From: Lama guanicoe | Taxonomy: Eukaryota | Length of the DNA: 64,000 bases | Direction of reading: 5' to 3' | NCBI GenBank assembly: GCA_013239625.1 | Contig: MU054338.1 | Coordinates: 6,860,724 to 6,924,723, forward strand | In this document: one piece after another, positions 29,105-42,265 of the stretch | How the letters are laid out: the number at the start of each line of letters is the position of its first letter | Numbering within the stretch: position 1 is the first letter of the stretch | The notes under the pieces: model-generated | What the model saw: only the letters and a program-made list of their open reading frames with translations | What the model was told of the DNA's origin: nothing | Databases searched by the model: none | Position numbers and translations under genes: made by a program

Positions 29105-30478
29105 TGCCTAGGGGAGGGTTTTCCTGTAATAGCAGCAGTTCCACAGTGAGAAATACCCAAGAGAAGGAAAGAATGGGGCTGAATGATGGGGACAGTTTGC
29201 AGGGATCCCCCAGGGTCATGGGCTGAACTCAGAAGCCACTTCTGGGACCTGGGAGGGGAGCTGAGCTCCATTCTGGGTCGGTACTTGAAGGGGTGGGATT
29301 GGGAGCCCTGGACCTGGCGGGCACTGGGATGTTCACCATGGAGATACGGGGCCTTGGGATGGGGAGAGGTGATGCTCAGCTCACCTGGGAGGGACCAGGC
29401 CTTCTGGATGCCATGTGAACACCAGAAGGTCTGGCCCAGGTATTCCCTGAAGCCACAGCATAAAGAGCCTTGTGTCTGGAGTCAGACATGAGCCAAATTA
29501 TGGTCTTTGCTCTGCTGAATACCCTCTCTGTGGCTTTGCTCAAGTTCTCTGAGCCACCTGAAAAGTGGGATTGAGGCAAATGATATCTGTGCCCTGCTTA
29601 TATCCCCCTTGCCCTCACGTGTTCCTGAGGACACTGCAGCCTCAGGGCTGTCCCAGCTTACACATTGGCCAGGCCAGAAATGCTGAGGACCTGACAACCC
29701 TGGGAGCAGCCCTCCCGCAATGACATGTAGGACTTAGAGATTAAAAACCACCCCTCCTCACCCTCTGGTGGGACCACTGTGAATGGCAGCATCTATGCTC
29801 TCTCTGGGGGGTCTCCAGCAGGACTGACCCTCAGCTATCATGTGGATTTGTTGGGAAAGGAAAGATGCAGAACAAATAACCCAATATAATGCTACGGAGG
29901 TCAATAGGTTGGCTTTGAGTCAGACAGAACTGGGTTTGAATCCGTGTCTGCTGTTTATAGCTGGGTGGCCTTATTCAAGTTACCTAACCTCTCTGAGCAT
30001 CAGACTTCTTGAATTGGGGATACTAATTCTTACTTCTCACAAGATTGTTGTAAGAATGTAAAGAAATAATGCATGGGGAGAACTTCGCCTGGTGTTGAGT
30101 TCTTAGTGGGAGTTCAGTGAGTGGAGATGGTTCTTATTAGTGGGATGCAGCTCTGAGTAGGTGGTCACACATAGCCTGGGGGATTAGGGCTTTGTGAATG
30201 ATGAGATTTCTCCAGACAGGTAAGGGAATGACTATTCTAAGCACGTATCAATCAGGGCTTAGCTATAGAAAACAAGGACCAAAATCAGGGAAATTGGTGC
30301 TTACAAAACGGTTGGAAGGCAGAAGAATGGGGCTCTAGGCTACGCCGATATAGGAGGATGACTTACTACAGAACATCACTTCTGACTTGGCTGTCCCAGG
30401 AGCTTCTGCCTCTGCCATTCACAGGAAGGTGGGAAATAATGCACTGGGAACCACTGACTTCAAGAATACATCATCATA

Positions 30479-30626
30479 GGGGAGGGTATAGCTCCATGGT
30501 AGAGTGCACACTTAGCATGCACGAGGTCCTGCGTTCAATCCCCAGCACCTCCATTAAAATAAATAAGTAAATAAATAAGCCTAATTACCTCTCCCCCCAA
30601 AACCAAGCCAGACCAAAAAAAAAAAA
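30479..30626 (+). mobile_element. tRNA-derived SINE (Vic-1-like)
   Basis: GGGGAGGGTATAGCTCCATGGTAGAG...GTTCAATCCCCAGCACCTCC, AAAT tail, poly(A). Confidence 0.85.
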
Positions 30627-30634
30627 TCACCATA

Positions 30635-31135
30635 ATGTATAGACAAAATGTGGTCTTTTCTTACAATGGAATATTATTCAGCCATAAAAAGGAATGAAAT
30701 TCTGATACATGCTATATCATGGATGAACCTTGAAAACATTATGGTAAGTTAAAGAAGACAGACACAAAAGGACAAATATTATATGAGACCACTTATAGGA
30801 AATATCTGATATAGGCAAATACATTGAGACAGAAAGTAGATTAGAGGTTCCAGGGGCTGGGAATGGGAAGAATGAGGGGTTATTGCTTAATGATTACAGA
30901 GTTTCTGTTTCGGGAGATGAGAAAGTTCTGAAAACAGTGTTGATAGTTTTGCAACACTGCAGGAGTAATTAATACCACTGAATTGTATACTTAAAATGGT
31001 TTAAATGGCAATTTTTATGTTATATATATTTTACTACAACTTAAAAAATTAATGATGTAATATACCCAAAACCATTGAATTGTACAATTTAAAGGGTGAG
31101 TTGTATGGTATGTGAATTATATCTTGATAAAACTG
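30635..31135 (+). mobile_element. Old L1 (L1MB/MC-like) 3' fragment
   Basis: ACAATGGAATATTATTCAGCCATAAAAAGGAATGAA...GGATGAACCTTGAAAACATTATG...CCACTGAATTGTATACTTAAAATGG. Confidence 0.8.
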
Positions 31136-32844
31136 TTTTTTTAAAAATACATCTCTGTGGTTGCAATTTAGCAATTTGGAAGCTACCATCATTGCCACTT
31201 GCAACTGCCTCTCAATAAAAGTTGATGACACTGGTGACTGAAGACAGTAACATTTTTGCAGGAAAACCCAATGTCTCCACACTGTGCTTGCTAGAAATCA
31301 CTGCAGCACAACAGAAAGATGACCTCCACCCACTCCCCCCACCCATATTTCATGTTTCAAATTGATAGAATCTCATTGCCATGCAGAAATCTAGCTGCAA
31401 GGGAGTCTGGAAAACATAGTTTTTAGCCTTGCTATCTCTGTAGTGTAGGAATTCACACTAGGAAGTTGGGATAGTGCTGAGAGTCAACTCATCATCTTTC
31501 AGTTTTTCTTACATAGGATTTTTTCCCCTCTTCTACTGGTAAGAGTTCCATATCCACCCCCTCACCCCATTTCTATCCAGTGTAGGTTAGATGAGGCTAA
31601 CTCCACTTTCTGGCTTCAGAGGGGTAATCTATGAGCAAGGTCTGGTCAAGCCACTTAATCAGTTCCTCTGAACCCATGATTGGCTCAAGAATGTGCACAT
31701 GACTTGGAATGGACCAATGAGAGTCATTATTTTGCAAGCTCTCTTTTTGCTAAAGATGCTGAGCTTGGAAGATGAAAGCTTCTGGAAAATATCTTCATCA
31801 CCTCCTGGCTATAGAGATCCCTTGCAGAGACTATTAGAAGTGATAAATGGAAAGAGACAGAATTCTGATGACATAACAGAACCTCTGGATCCAGCCATGC
31901 CTAAATTTTATTACCTCTGGATTTTTCCTTCAGTTATGTAAGCTAACAGATACTCTTTTCTGCTTAAGACAGAATTAATCAAGTTGACTTTCTGCCACTT
32001 GCTATCAAAGGAGCCCTGAATAATATATGGAGGGATTAGCAAGAGTAAAGGGATGGGTAGACATGCATGGCCTAGACTCACTTACTCATTAAATTCTTCT
32101 TGATCATCTTCTCCATTTTGAGCCCTGTGCAGTGTATGGGAAAACAAAGGCATGTACTGCTTCTTTCTCTGGCTGGACAAATTGAAGGGTCACAGGTGAG
32201 TAAAGCCAATGGCTGCCCAAGCACCAATGAGAAAAACCCAATGGCCAGCTGGCGAGAGTTGGTAAGGATCCAATGCCCTTCTACCTTGCCTCCACACATT
32301 GTGGAGAGCAGACTATCCAATGCCAGACCCTAAGTCACCTGGCCCATCAGTTTTGTTGCACAAGATCCTTAAGAAGCTGATCTCTCTTCAATAATGGTGC
32401 ACAATTCTGACCACTACACTAATCACAGAGGAAGGCAGACATCATGCTCATCATAGCCTTGACCATGGTGCTGATCTTGAAGCTGATAACAGTACAACCA
32501 GGACACTGAGTATGACTCTGACCACAGTATGACCTGACTATGATTTTGACCATAGCATGACCAAGTCACTGTCCAAAGCTAGTTCAGGACACTGACCACA
32601 GCATGACCAGGACAGTGATTGTAACTCTGAGCACAACACAGCCAGGAAGCTGACCACTACACTGACCATAGCACAATCGATAATGACCAGTGGAGACCAC
32701 AGTACTGACCATAATGCTGACCCCAGTAAACCAGGATGCTGACAGCAGCACAGATCACAGTTCAATAGGACACTGACTAGAGCATGATCAGGACACTGAA
32801 TTTGCCACTGACCACAGCTGCGACTATGTCCACAACATTGAATG

Positions 32845-33345
32845 TATTGGCCAGGGTCCAGTCAGAAAAACAAAGTTACACCAGATAGTTCAACAGCAAG
32901 AATTTAATATGGGGAGTCACAGAGGTGTTAGTGAAACTTTAAGAGTAAATAAGAAAAAGCAAATCCATTCTAGAGTAGCAAGTCACCATCTTCTAAGGGC
33001 TGAAGCAGCAAAGGGAGGAGGTGGATACCAGAGTCCAGGGACTGTGGCCACCTGGCAGGACCTAAATGAACCATGGTGGAGACTCCCAGTGGATGTGAGA
33101 CCATAGAGGGAACACGATAGCCACTGCCAGAAACATGCAAACTAGAGAGAGAGGGAGAAATATTATGGCTTCTTTTTTCTCCAGTTCTCCAATCTCTTGC
33201 CAGTTCTCCCATCTCTTGCCAGTTCTCCCATTGGCTGAGCCTAGTCTGGGAAGTGCAGTTTGCAGGGATCATGGGTACCTGGGAAATGTAGTTTGCAGGG
33301 ACCATCTCTCCTGATACAGAGCGGAGCAGGGGAAGAATAAGGAAT
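32845..33345. mobile_element. Ancient LTR-like element, family unassigned (related-looking copy at about 46835-47240)
   Basis: Both copies share GTCCAGTC...AATTTAATAT...CCCATTGG/CTCATTGG...ACCTGGGAAATGTAGTTT. Confidence 0.45.
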
Positions 33346-34679
33346 GGACCTAAGGGCATATTGACCAATGCCAACCACACAACACAGGCCATAGCTTAAC
33401 CATAACAATGACCCCCTGCATGACCAAAGTCCAAGGTGGCCATTGCTCATGGTCCTGAAACACAGCACTAACAAGAGTACCACTCTGTAGGAAAGGCAAA
33501 AGCAGCACTAACAAGGGTACCACTCCCCAACCCGAGTGTTGACCGCAGCCTCACTCTTGGTCAAGATGTTTTGAGTTCCAACAACCAACATCTGTCTCCT
33601 ACCCTATGTCTACCATAGGCTTGGCCTACGGAATTAGCAAAGGACCATCCATCATTTGGGAAGAGGAGGCAGAGGGATGGATGAGGTGCCTTTCCTGGCC
33701 CAGGTTCTGTTTTGTGTCCCACATTCAGGGCCAGTGTCTCAACCCCATGGTTCATTAGGAAAACACCCTCTGGGGATTGAGTGCTGACGAGGTGCTCTGT
33801 TTACTCATGAGTCACAGAAGTCCCCAAGAACTCAGGATGAAACAGGTCTCCTAAAAGAAGGAAAGCTCTTTCCCTAGGGTCGTATGGCCAAGAAGTAACC
33901 GAACCAGGGTCGAACCAAGGTCCTATCAGACAAGTGCTTCCTTGTTGCTTTGACAAAACTGTCCATAGCTTGTTATCTGCCTGGCACAGTTGCAGTATTT
34001 TATGGCTGATTCCTCTATAACCTGGCTTGCTTGCTCCCTCACCCAAAAAGCCATATGAGGGCTTTGGGGAGGGAAGATGACTGAGAGGGGAGATGCAGAG
34101 AAAGGATGGAGGCAGGACAAGGACGCCCTTCATAAGCAAACAGCTTCCCGCGGAGGTGGCACTAATATTTTGATTCTCTAGGTATCTGGTCTCTCCTCTT
34201 GGGCCATTGAAATGGGAGCAAGAGACTGTCCCAGGTGTAGCGGGAGAGGGAAGGCTTTGAACATGAAGGCCCCTGGGAATTGGGGCTGGGGGAAGTGAAG
34301 ACAGGATGCCTACCAGCGGGCCATCCCCTTCGGCCTCTGGTCTTTCCGTGCCCCGCCCCCTGTATCTGTCTCTCACTTTCTGTCTCCATCTCTGCTCCCG
34401 ACTCTGGTCCCAGCATTGACCCCTTCCCCCAAAGTCCAATTTCACAGACTCTGCCTCAGTTTCCCTGTTGATTCCTGAGTTCTTTAAAGAGGAAGCCTCT
34501 CAATTCTCTTCTTTGCTACCAGGCCTCCCTCCTACTACCCCCGCCCCTTGGTCCCCCCCACACTCCCATTTATAACGTAGGAAATGTCCATGGAGGGTGA
34601 AATTTACAAACACGTGACGGAACCCCCTACCCTGCACCACCACATCTCCATGACCTCCCCCAAAAGGGCCTGGGGGGCT

Positions 34680-35110
34680 GCTGGCTCACGTCCCCAGCGA
34701 CCCTTCCCTGTGCCCGCTCCCCCCCACTTCCCTGCCCCCAGACCCTGCTCGGTCGGCGCCCGAAGACGAGCTGGGGGCGGGGCGGGGGCGGAGCCCGCAA
34801 CAAAGACTCGGAGCGAGCGAGGGGGGCGGGGCGGGGCGGAATCCCAGCCGCCGGCGAGGCTGGGGAGGCGGCGGCGGCGGAGGGTCGCCCCGGCCGGCCG
34901 GGCGGGGTCGCGCATGGTGGCGGGCCCGGTGTCGAGGCGCCGCTAGGGCGGGCGGGGGACGGGACGCCGGGCCGGGGGCGCGTCATGTGGCCGCTCACGG
35001 TCCCGCCGCCGCCGCCGCTGCTGCTGCTGCTGCTGTGCTCAGGCCTCGCCGGACAGGTAGGGGCCCGGCCGGCAGGTGCGGGCGCAGAGGGCTCCAGGAA
35101 GGGAGGGGGC
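34680..35110 (+). promoter_or_regulatory. OLFM2: OLFM2 upstream promoter CpG island with GC boxes
   Basis: CpG-dense; repeated GGGGCGGGGC (Sp/KLF) at about 34773-34790 and 34822-34838, just 5' of the exon 1a ATG. Confidence 0.85.
34985..35056 (+). CDS. OLFM2: OLFM2 (noelin-2) alternative first coding exon 1a, signal peptide MWPLTVPPPPPLLLLLLCSGLAGQ
   Basis: gtcATGtgg start; CAG|gtaggg phase-0 donor; matches the noelin-2 N-terminus as I recall it (MWPLTVPPPLLLLLCSGLAGQ); synteny with COL5A3. Confidence 0.93.
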
Positions 35111-38100
35111 CCAGGGGGTCCCGGCAGAAACGGGATTTGGGGCTCCATGAGCCCCCAGGACTGGGAGGGATGGGGGTCGCAGCGAGGGAGGGGCTGGGAC
35201 ATCCACCCTGGCTTTGGAAATAAGAAGGGACGCTTCAAATCCAGCCTCAAGCTGGTAAGGTTTGGGGCACAATCGCCAGCCCAGCTTCGGGGTTCTCAAC
35301 CTCTTGGTGACCCGGAGTCCACACCCGCCATCTCGCTCGAGCCGAGAGGGGCTGTGGGGGGACTTCAGGGGGTCTTGAGTGTCCCTTATCCTTCACTACT
35401 CCCATCACGGCGGGAGACGCCTGGCTTTTACAGCCCCTCCAGTCCTCGCCCGCACCCCCAGTGTGGGAAAGGGGGCGGGACTCACGTGTGAGTGACTGAC
35501 GGGGACGTGTGTGAGGTGCTGGAGGGGTGCTGGGTAAACGTGTGTGTCTTTGTGTCACGCCTGGGTGTGACTGAGAGTTTGTGTGTGTGGCTGTGCAGGT
35601 GCGGGTCCAACCGGGTGTGAGTTGGGGTGTGACTGGGAGACGGTGTTTGTACGTGAGGCTGAGTCTGTGTGAGACAGCGGGAGGCTGGGACTGGAGGGCT
35701 GCTGTGATAATGGGAGGCTTGTGAGCCTGCAACCCGGAGTTGTGTATGTATCCGTGTGTGACAGGCGATGTGACAGCCAATGAGGTCTGTGTTAATCTCA
35801 GCGGTATTTGGGCAGCTGTAGCTGTGTGTAAAGGACTGTATGTGAGTGTCCCCATGACTCTGTCCATCTGTCTGGGTGTTGTATAAAATGTGTGTGACCA
35901 GGTGTGTGGCTGTGTGAGGGCTTTGGGTAACCATGTCATTCTGTGCTCAAGTAAGTCACTCTAAAAGGGGCTGTGTGGGGCAAGGGCTGCGTGCATACAT
36001 GTACATCCGTGTGTGTTGATGCCTCGCATATTTCATTCATGGTTTCATAGAAGGTCTCCCTCTCCATGGTACCTCATCCCTTGGGCAGGCTTGGGGGGCT
36101 TTGCAAAATCAGGGATCCCAGCTTTCTTCAGCTATTGGGAAAACTCTTTCCTCCTCCATCTTGGGGGTGAGAGACCCCCTTGAGTTCTCAGATCCGTAGG
36201 AGCTCAGAGAGAAGCTGGAATAAAAAATATTGAAATAATAATTATAATAACAGGTAACACATGAAGTTCTAATTATGTGCTGGGCACTGTTTCAAGCACA
36301 CAGGATGGAACTAAGGCATTTAACCCTCCGAGCACCTTGCTAGTGGATGCTATTATTACCTTCATTTTACAAATGGGAAAACTGAGGCACAGAAAAGTTA
36401 GGCCACTTGCTCAAGCTCAGATAGCTTGGGAGTGGCAGAGCTAGGATTGAACCAAGGCAGTCCAGTTCCTGAGCCCACACATTAACCCCCTTGCTAAATA
36501 ATCCACTCCATGGCTGTGGACAGTGCCAGTGTAGACACTAGGGGGGTTTCTGGGTAGAAGCTCAGAGGAAAAACCATCCTAGCGTCTTCTCTTTCCTGGT
36601 CAAGAGAAGAAATGAATCAGACCATTGTATCCACCCCAGGGGGCATTGGAAGGGATGGAGATCAGACTCTGATTGAAGAATTTCCAGGCCACAAGGAGAC
36701 CTGTGAGGTTGCCTCCCTCGCTCCTCTGTTTCCCCATCTCAGTCCCCACATCCTGGCTGGGATGCGAAGTGTGTGCTCAGGGCTAAGCATCAGGCTGCAT
36801 CTAGCAGATGCTCAATTGATATGTGAGCCCCAAAGAAGTAAAGAGAGTCAGCTGAGCGAGAAAGAGACAGGAGAGCAAAGAGGCATACGCTTGAGAGAAC
36901 AGTGGATAAAAAAGAGCCAGGAGTGAAGTTGAATTTGGTTTCCAAGAAGGACTCTTGAAGCCACCACCTGGGGATGCTCCTCGACCCCTGCTATCTCCTA
37001 GGAAACTCTAGATTTCCTGTCCTGTCGCCAAGATTGCCTAGAAGGGCGAGTGCTGTGAAAGGTGCCACTGGGGGGTGACCCCAGGGAAGGGAGGGAGAAG
37101 CTTGGAGGTGGGACTAACATGGCTGTTTGAGGGCGGGACTAAACTGAGTTCAGTGGAGGTGGGGCTAGATGGTGGGTGGGGCGGAGCTAAATTGGAATAA
37201 TTAGTTGGGGCAAGGCTGGTGGGTCCTACCACCGGCTACAGTGCCTCCAGGCGGCCACCACGGCCACTACCGTGTCATAAACCGGTCTACCTCAGCTTGC
37301 CCACCCAGCCTGGAGCCCTAGGGAAGGGAGGGGTCCAGAGGATGGAGGTTCTATCCCCTCTCAGTTTCCTCCATCACTTCCCAGAGCCTTCTCGGTCCTT
37401 GACAGGCTCTAGCTCCACTGGGGGTCCTTTCTATAAATCACTTATTTGTCTGTTCAGTTAACAGATATAATTAAGCACTGGGGATATAGCCATGAACCAA
37501 GTCATCAAATCCCTGCCTTCCTGGAGCTGACCTTACTGCAGAGAGAAGACAAGAACCGAATAAATATATAGTACAATGTCAACAGCTAAATAAATATGTA
37601 ATACAACGCAAGTAGCATGAATAATAATGAACAGGGTAAAGGGGATTAAAACATGATGGTGGAGGGGTGGGGGGCTCTTTTAGCAGGTGTGTTAGGCTCG
37701 ATATCTCTAAGAAGGTGGTATCTGAAGGCGACATCTGAAGAAGGTGAGAGAGGATGCCTTCTGTACCCAGGGGAAGAGCATTCAAAGCAGGAGCAGCAGG
37801 TGCAAAGGCCCTGAGGTGGAAACAAACTTGGTGTGTTGAGGAGCAGCAAGGAGGCTGGTGTGGCTGGGGAGGAGCGAGTGAAGGGGAAGTTGAGGGGAGA
37901 TGGGGCTAGGGAAGCCAGCAGGGGCCAGACCAAGTGAGAACTTGTGGGCTGTGGGCAGGAGTTGGGATTTGATCCTGAGGACAGGGAAGTAGTACCTGTC
38001 AAGGAGTTGTCCATCCATCTAAGGTTTGGAGCCATCAGAGAGCTTGACAGCTCCAAGGCCCACCATCTTCCCTGTGGGAAAGGTATTCCCTCTCTGACCA

Positions 38101-39016
38101 CTGGGAAGTCATCCTTAAGATCTAGCTACATCTTAGTACTATCTGGGTTTGGGGTCACTTCTTTCCTAGGGTCCCCAGAGGATGGAACAGGAGTAAGCTC
38201 AGTTTACATTGCATGCCCCAGGGCCTTTGCACTTGTCACTCCCTTTTCCCCAGGTAGCTACTCAACTCCCTCCCTCTCCCGCTTAAGTGTCACTTCCTCT
38301 GGGATGCCCACCCTGACCAGCCATCTAAAATAACCCCCTACTGCCACTCTGTAAGTTCTTACTCTGCATTATTTTTCTTCATAGCCTTTGTCACTACCTT
38401 TCCAGGATTTCTTGATTTACTTATTGTCGGTCTCCCCAAAGAGAGGCCGCTCATCAGGGTCCAGTGTCCTGTGTTGTATCATCAGTGCCTACAGCAGAGC
38501 CTGGCGCACTGTAGATTCTCAACAAATATCTGTTGAATGAATGGATGCATCCCATCCTCTCCCACAGAGTCTCTTTCTTTCTCAAACAGTGGGGCTCTAG
38601 TGCCAAGGGAGGGTCAGGAGAACAACCCTTCCCCTGGGCCATCCCAGACCCATTTCAAGCCAACCCCCGCTCCTGGATGGGAGGCATCAGGAAAAATCCG
38701 TCTCCTTCATTTTTGCCTAAAATTCCACCATGACAAGTCACCACTATCTGGAGTTAAGATGCTGTTCCCCTCCGGGCTCCTTTAGAAAATGTAAATGTCC
38801 CAGGTGGAGGGAAGTAAAAGGAAATCTTGAGGACTCCCAAATAATAAGTGAATTGGACATTTTTTTCCTAGGAAACAGCGGCGTTGGGGCTGGGCCCAAC
38901 ATGAAGGAGCTGGGGCGACACCTAGTGGTAGAATGAGGTTTGTGCAGAGACTGTGTGTCCCTGTGACCCTGGTGAAAGGTGTGCAGACAGATGTCCCTAT
39001 GCGTGTGGGGGTCAGT

Positions 39017-39230
39017 CAGGGTCCTGGCCAGGATGTGAGGCAGGGCAGGCACTTGCCTTGGGTGCAAAATTTAAGGGGGTGCCAAAAATCCAGAAAAAAG
39101 ATAAATATTATTTGAATGCAATATTTTAAAGAAAATCAAAATGAATGCAAAAAAATCTATGATGCACATAATGTCAAAATTTTAAGTAAAGGCAGGATCC
39201 AACTCACCTCAGTCTAACCCTGGCCCTATA
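39017..39230. mobile_element. hAT-Tip100 MITE (MER96B-like)
   Basis: CAGGGTCC...TGAGGCAGGGCAGGCACTTGCCTTGGGTGCAAAATTTAAGGGGGTGCCAAAAA...CCCTGGCCCT termini. Confidence 0.55.
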
Positions 39231-40224
39231 GGAGTGTGTCTGTAGTGTCCATGGGGGTGTGTGTGTATGTTTAAGGACTGTGGACTTGGCATTGGCCAAG
39301 CCGGGCACAGGGACACTTGTGTGCCAAAATCATGTTGGTGGGTGTGTGTGCACAGTGACTCTGGTTCCATGCGGGTCAACCATGCGGGCGTGTGTGCATT
39401 TCTTAAGAATCCAGCAGCTGGCATTGGCAATGGCTTTGTGTCCCCAGGATTCAGTGTCAGTGCCTGGGAGGCAGTTACTTACTGTTTTCATTTATTCATG
39501 CCTTTATGCGTTCATTTGGAAAGCATCCATGGTGAGTCTTCTGTGGGTCGAGCCTTATGTCAGACGCTAAGGCTGGGCGACCGTTTGAGCTCTCAAAAGG
39601 AGTGGGATGGAAGATTTCACTTCTCTAAAGTGGAGCCTGGCTGGGCTGGGGAGAAGGGAGTTGTGACCGGAGTAGGAGACTTTGGTCCCAGTTTTGGGGA
39701 ACTCTTGTCTTCACTGCCAGAGTGGAAGCCTGGTCTGACTCATAACTTTATCCACCCAGAGCTTAGCCACAAATCAAGGAGAAACCAGAAGGAGCAGAGA
39801 GGAGTCAGAATAAGTTCCAGGAAGTCTGTGTGCAAAAACTTACCCATCTTGCTTCTGGGAGCTCCAGCACATTCTCAGTGCCTGTTTACTCTTACTTTAC
39901 ACACAGTTCTAACAATCCTGGGCACCTAGTGTCTAAGCCCTGCTGAGCAGATGAGAAGACAGGGAATCACAGTGTGAGAAGAAAGAAGTGGCAAAGTCAG
40001 TTGAAGCCATTGAATGAAATGGCTAATAGCTTCTTACCTTTTCAGCCCTGAGAGAATCCTGGTTGTTCCTAAGAAAAGTAAAAGGTTAGCACATGGTGAG
40101 CTGGATTATTTCTAGTCCTCATTTCTCTAGTAATTCATGTGTGAACAACACCAAGCGAGGCACCAGGGATGTGGAGAGGTGTGACAGAGTCCACTGTGGG
40201 ATGGTTCTCAGGGCCAAATAAGGA

Positions 40225-40248
40225 TGTGTGTGTGTGTGTGTGTGTGTG
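40225..40248. repeat. (TG)12 microsatellite
   Basis: Direct read. Confidence 0.95.
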
Positions 40249-40249
40249 T

Positions 40250-41095
40250 TTAAATAAAACTTTAAAAATTGTGGCAAAATACTATCTTAGCCATTTTTAA
40301 GTCTACAGTTCAGTTGTGTTAGATCCCTTTACATTATTATGCAACCATCACCACCATCCATCCCCAGAATGCTCTTCATCTTACAAAACTGAAATTCTAC
40401 CCATTAAACAACAACTCTCCATTCCCCCTCCCCCAGCCCCTGGCAAGCCTCCTTCTACTTTCTGTCTCTATGAATTGAACTCCTCTAGGGACCTCACATG
40501 AGCGGAATCATGCAGTATTTGCCTTTTTGTGTCTGGCTTCTCTCACTGAGCATCATGTCCTCAAGGTTCATCCACGCTGTAGCAAATATCAGAAGTTCCT
40601 TCCTTTCTAAGGCTGAATACTATTTCATCATATGGATGGAACATGTTTTGTTTATCCATTTATCCTTCAAAAGACATTTAGGTTGTTTCCACCTGTGGCT
40701 GTTGTGAATAATGCTGCTATGAACATGAATGTGCAAGTATCTCTTTAAGCCTTTGCTTCTAACTCTCGGGTGTACACCCAGAAGTGGGTCTGCTGGATTG
40801 TATGATAATAATGTGTTGAATTTATTACTTAATTATTATTATTATTATTTTATTTAATGGAGGTACTGGGAATGGCCGTGTGCATAATAAGCATGTGCTT
40901 TACCACTGAGCTATATCCTCCCCCATTTGACTTTTTGATTCCAGCCCATTCTAAGGGATATGAAGCAGCTCTTCACTGTGGCTGCATTTCATTAAGAGTT
41001 AATGATACTGCACATCTCTTCATGTATTTATTGGCTAGCCAAGTCCTTTGTTCATTTTGAAAATTGGGATGTTTGCTTTTTTGTTGTTTAAATAG
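40250..41095 (-). mobile_element. Old L1 (L1MB-like) fragment containing a truncated Vic-1-like SINE at about 40830-40924
   Basis: GGAATCATGCAGTATTTGCCTTTTTGTGTCTGGCTT...; SINE text ATGGAGGTACTGGG...ACCACTGAGCTATATCCTCCCC. Confidence 0.75.
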
Positions 41096-42265
41096 AAGGA
41101 TTTAAAGCCAGGAATGAGACATGGTTGGATTTGTGTGAGGGACAGATCTTCTGACTGTAACATGGAAGACAAACTGGAGTGGGGAGAGTAAAGGCGTGAA
41201 GACAGAATTATTTCAGGAGCTGACAAGACCTAAGGCAAATTGATAGCGGCCAGAGGCGTAGCAGGACTAACATTTAAGGGGGTAAGGGGAGGGTACCTCT
41301 CACTGTTTGCTGTCCAAGGTCCTCAACCAGGTCTACTGTTTCCTTCCCAAACTCCTCCTGAAATTCTGAACCAGGCGGGATGCTGGAGAGAGATGGCACT
41401 GAGACTCCTGGGGAGAAAGCATTTCAACATCCCTTCCAAACACCTGCTGTAACCAAGCAAAAAACTAAAAGTAGGCACAGGCTAGAAGAGTAACACCATT
41501 CGTGTTCTGAGGGATGCAAAGCTGTGTATGTGTGGATACAAATTCATGCCTTTCTTATGTGTGAATGAAATACCATGGGGGCCAAAATGGCCGCGTGGAC
41601 AGAGGCCACTTGGCTCCTTGCAGAGGACACTGAGCTTTGCTTGGTTTCTGCTTTCTAGCTTCTCTACTGGAAATTCTATCATTCTTACCTGCTGCACATC
41701 AAACAGAAATAGAATTTATGTTTTATACTTGATACCTTAATTCACATTTTGGAATAAATTTCCTTCATGACATAAAGCGTATCTACAAAGAAGTACTCAG
41801 ATCATAAAGGTACAGCTTGATAAATTGTCTCGAAGTGACATAATGTTACCAGTACCAGGTTAAGAAACAGAATTTTGCAAGAATCCAGAAGCCCCCTCAA
41901 TGCTTCTCCTAGCCCCATGCACTCCCCCACCTCCAAGGGTAATCGCTAAGCTGACCTCTCTCGCTATGGTTTGACTTGTATTTTAACTTAATGAAGTCAT
42001 TAACTATGTAGTTTTTTTATACCTGGCTTCTGTTACTCAACATAATATTTGTAAGGTCTCTCCATATGATTGTTTTGTGATAGATTGCTAGGTTTAGTTG
42101 CTTTGTGATCTTCCGTTGTGTGAATATATTGTGATATATCCATTCCACTGTTTCTCGGCATTTGGGTTGGTGAAGTTGGTGGCTGACACAAACAGTGCGG
42201 AAACAAACACTCTAACAAGTGTCTTTAATAAATACTCGTTCGCATTTCAGTTGGGTCTATATGTA

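Noticed and set aside
33463..33525. 23-bp direct repeat CAGCACTAACAAG(A/G)GTACCACTC with a 17-bp spacer (CRISPR-like look)
   Set aside because: Only two copies in a eukaryotic context; a simple local duplication.
35247..35939. 230-aa and 150-aa minus-strand ORFs near OLFM2 exon 1a
   Set aside because: Thr/His-rich products of degenerate TG-rich low-complexity DNA, with no domain or splice support.
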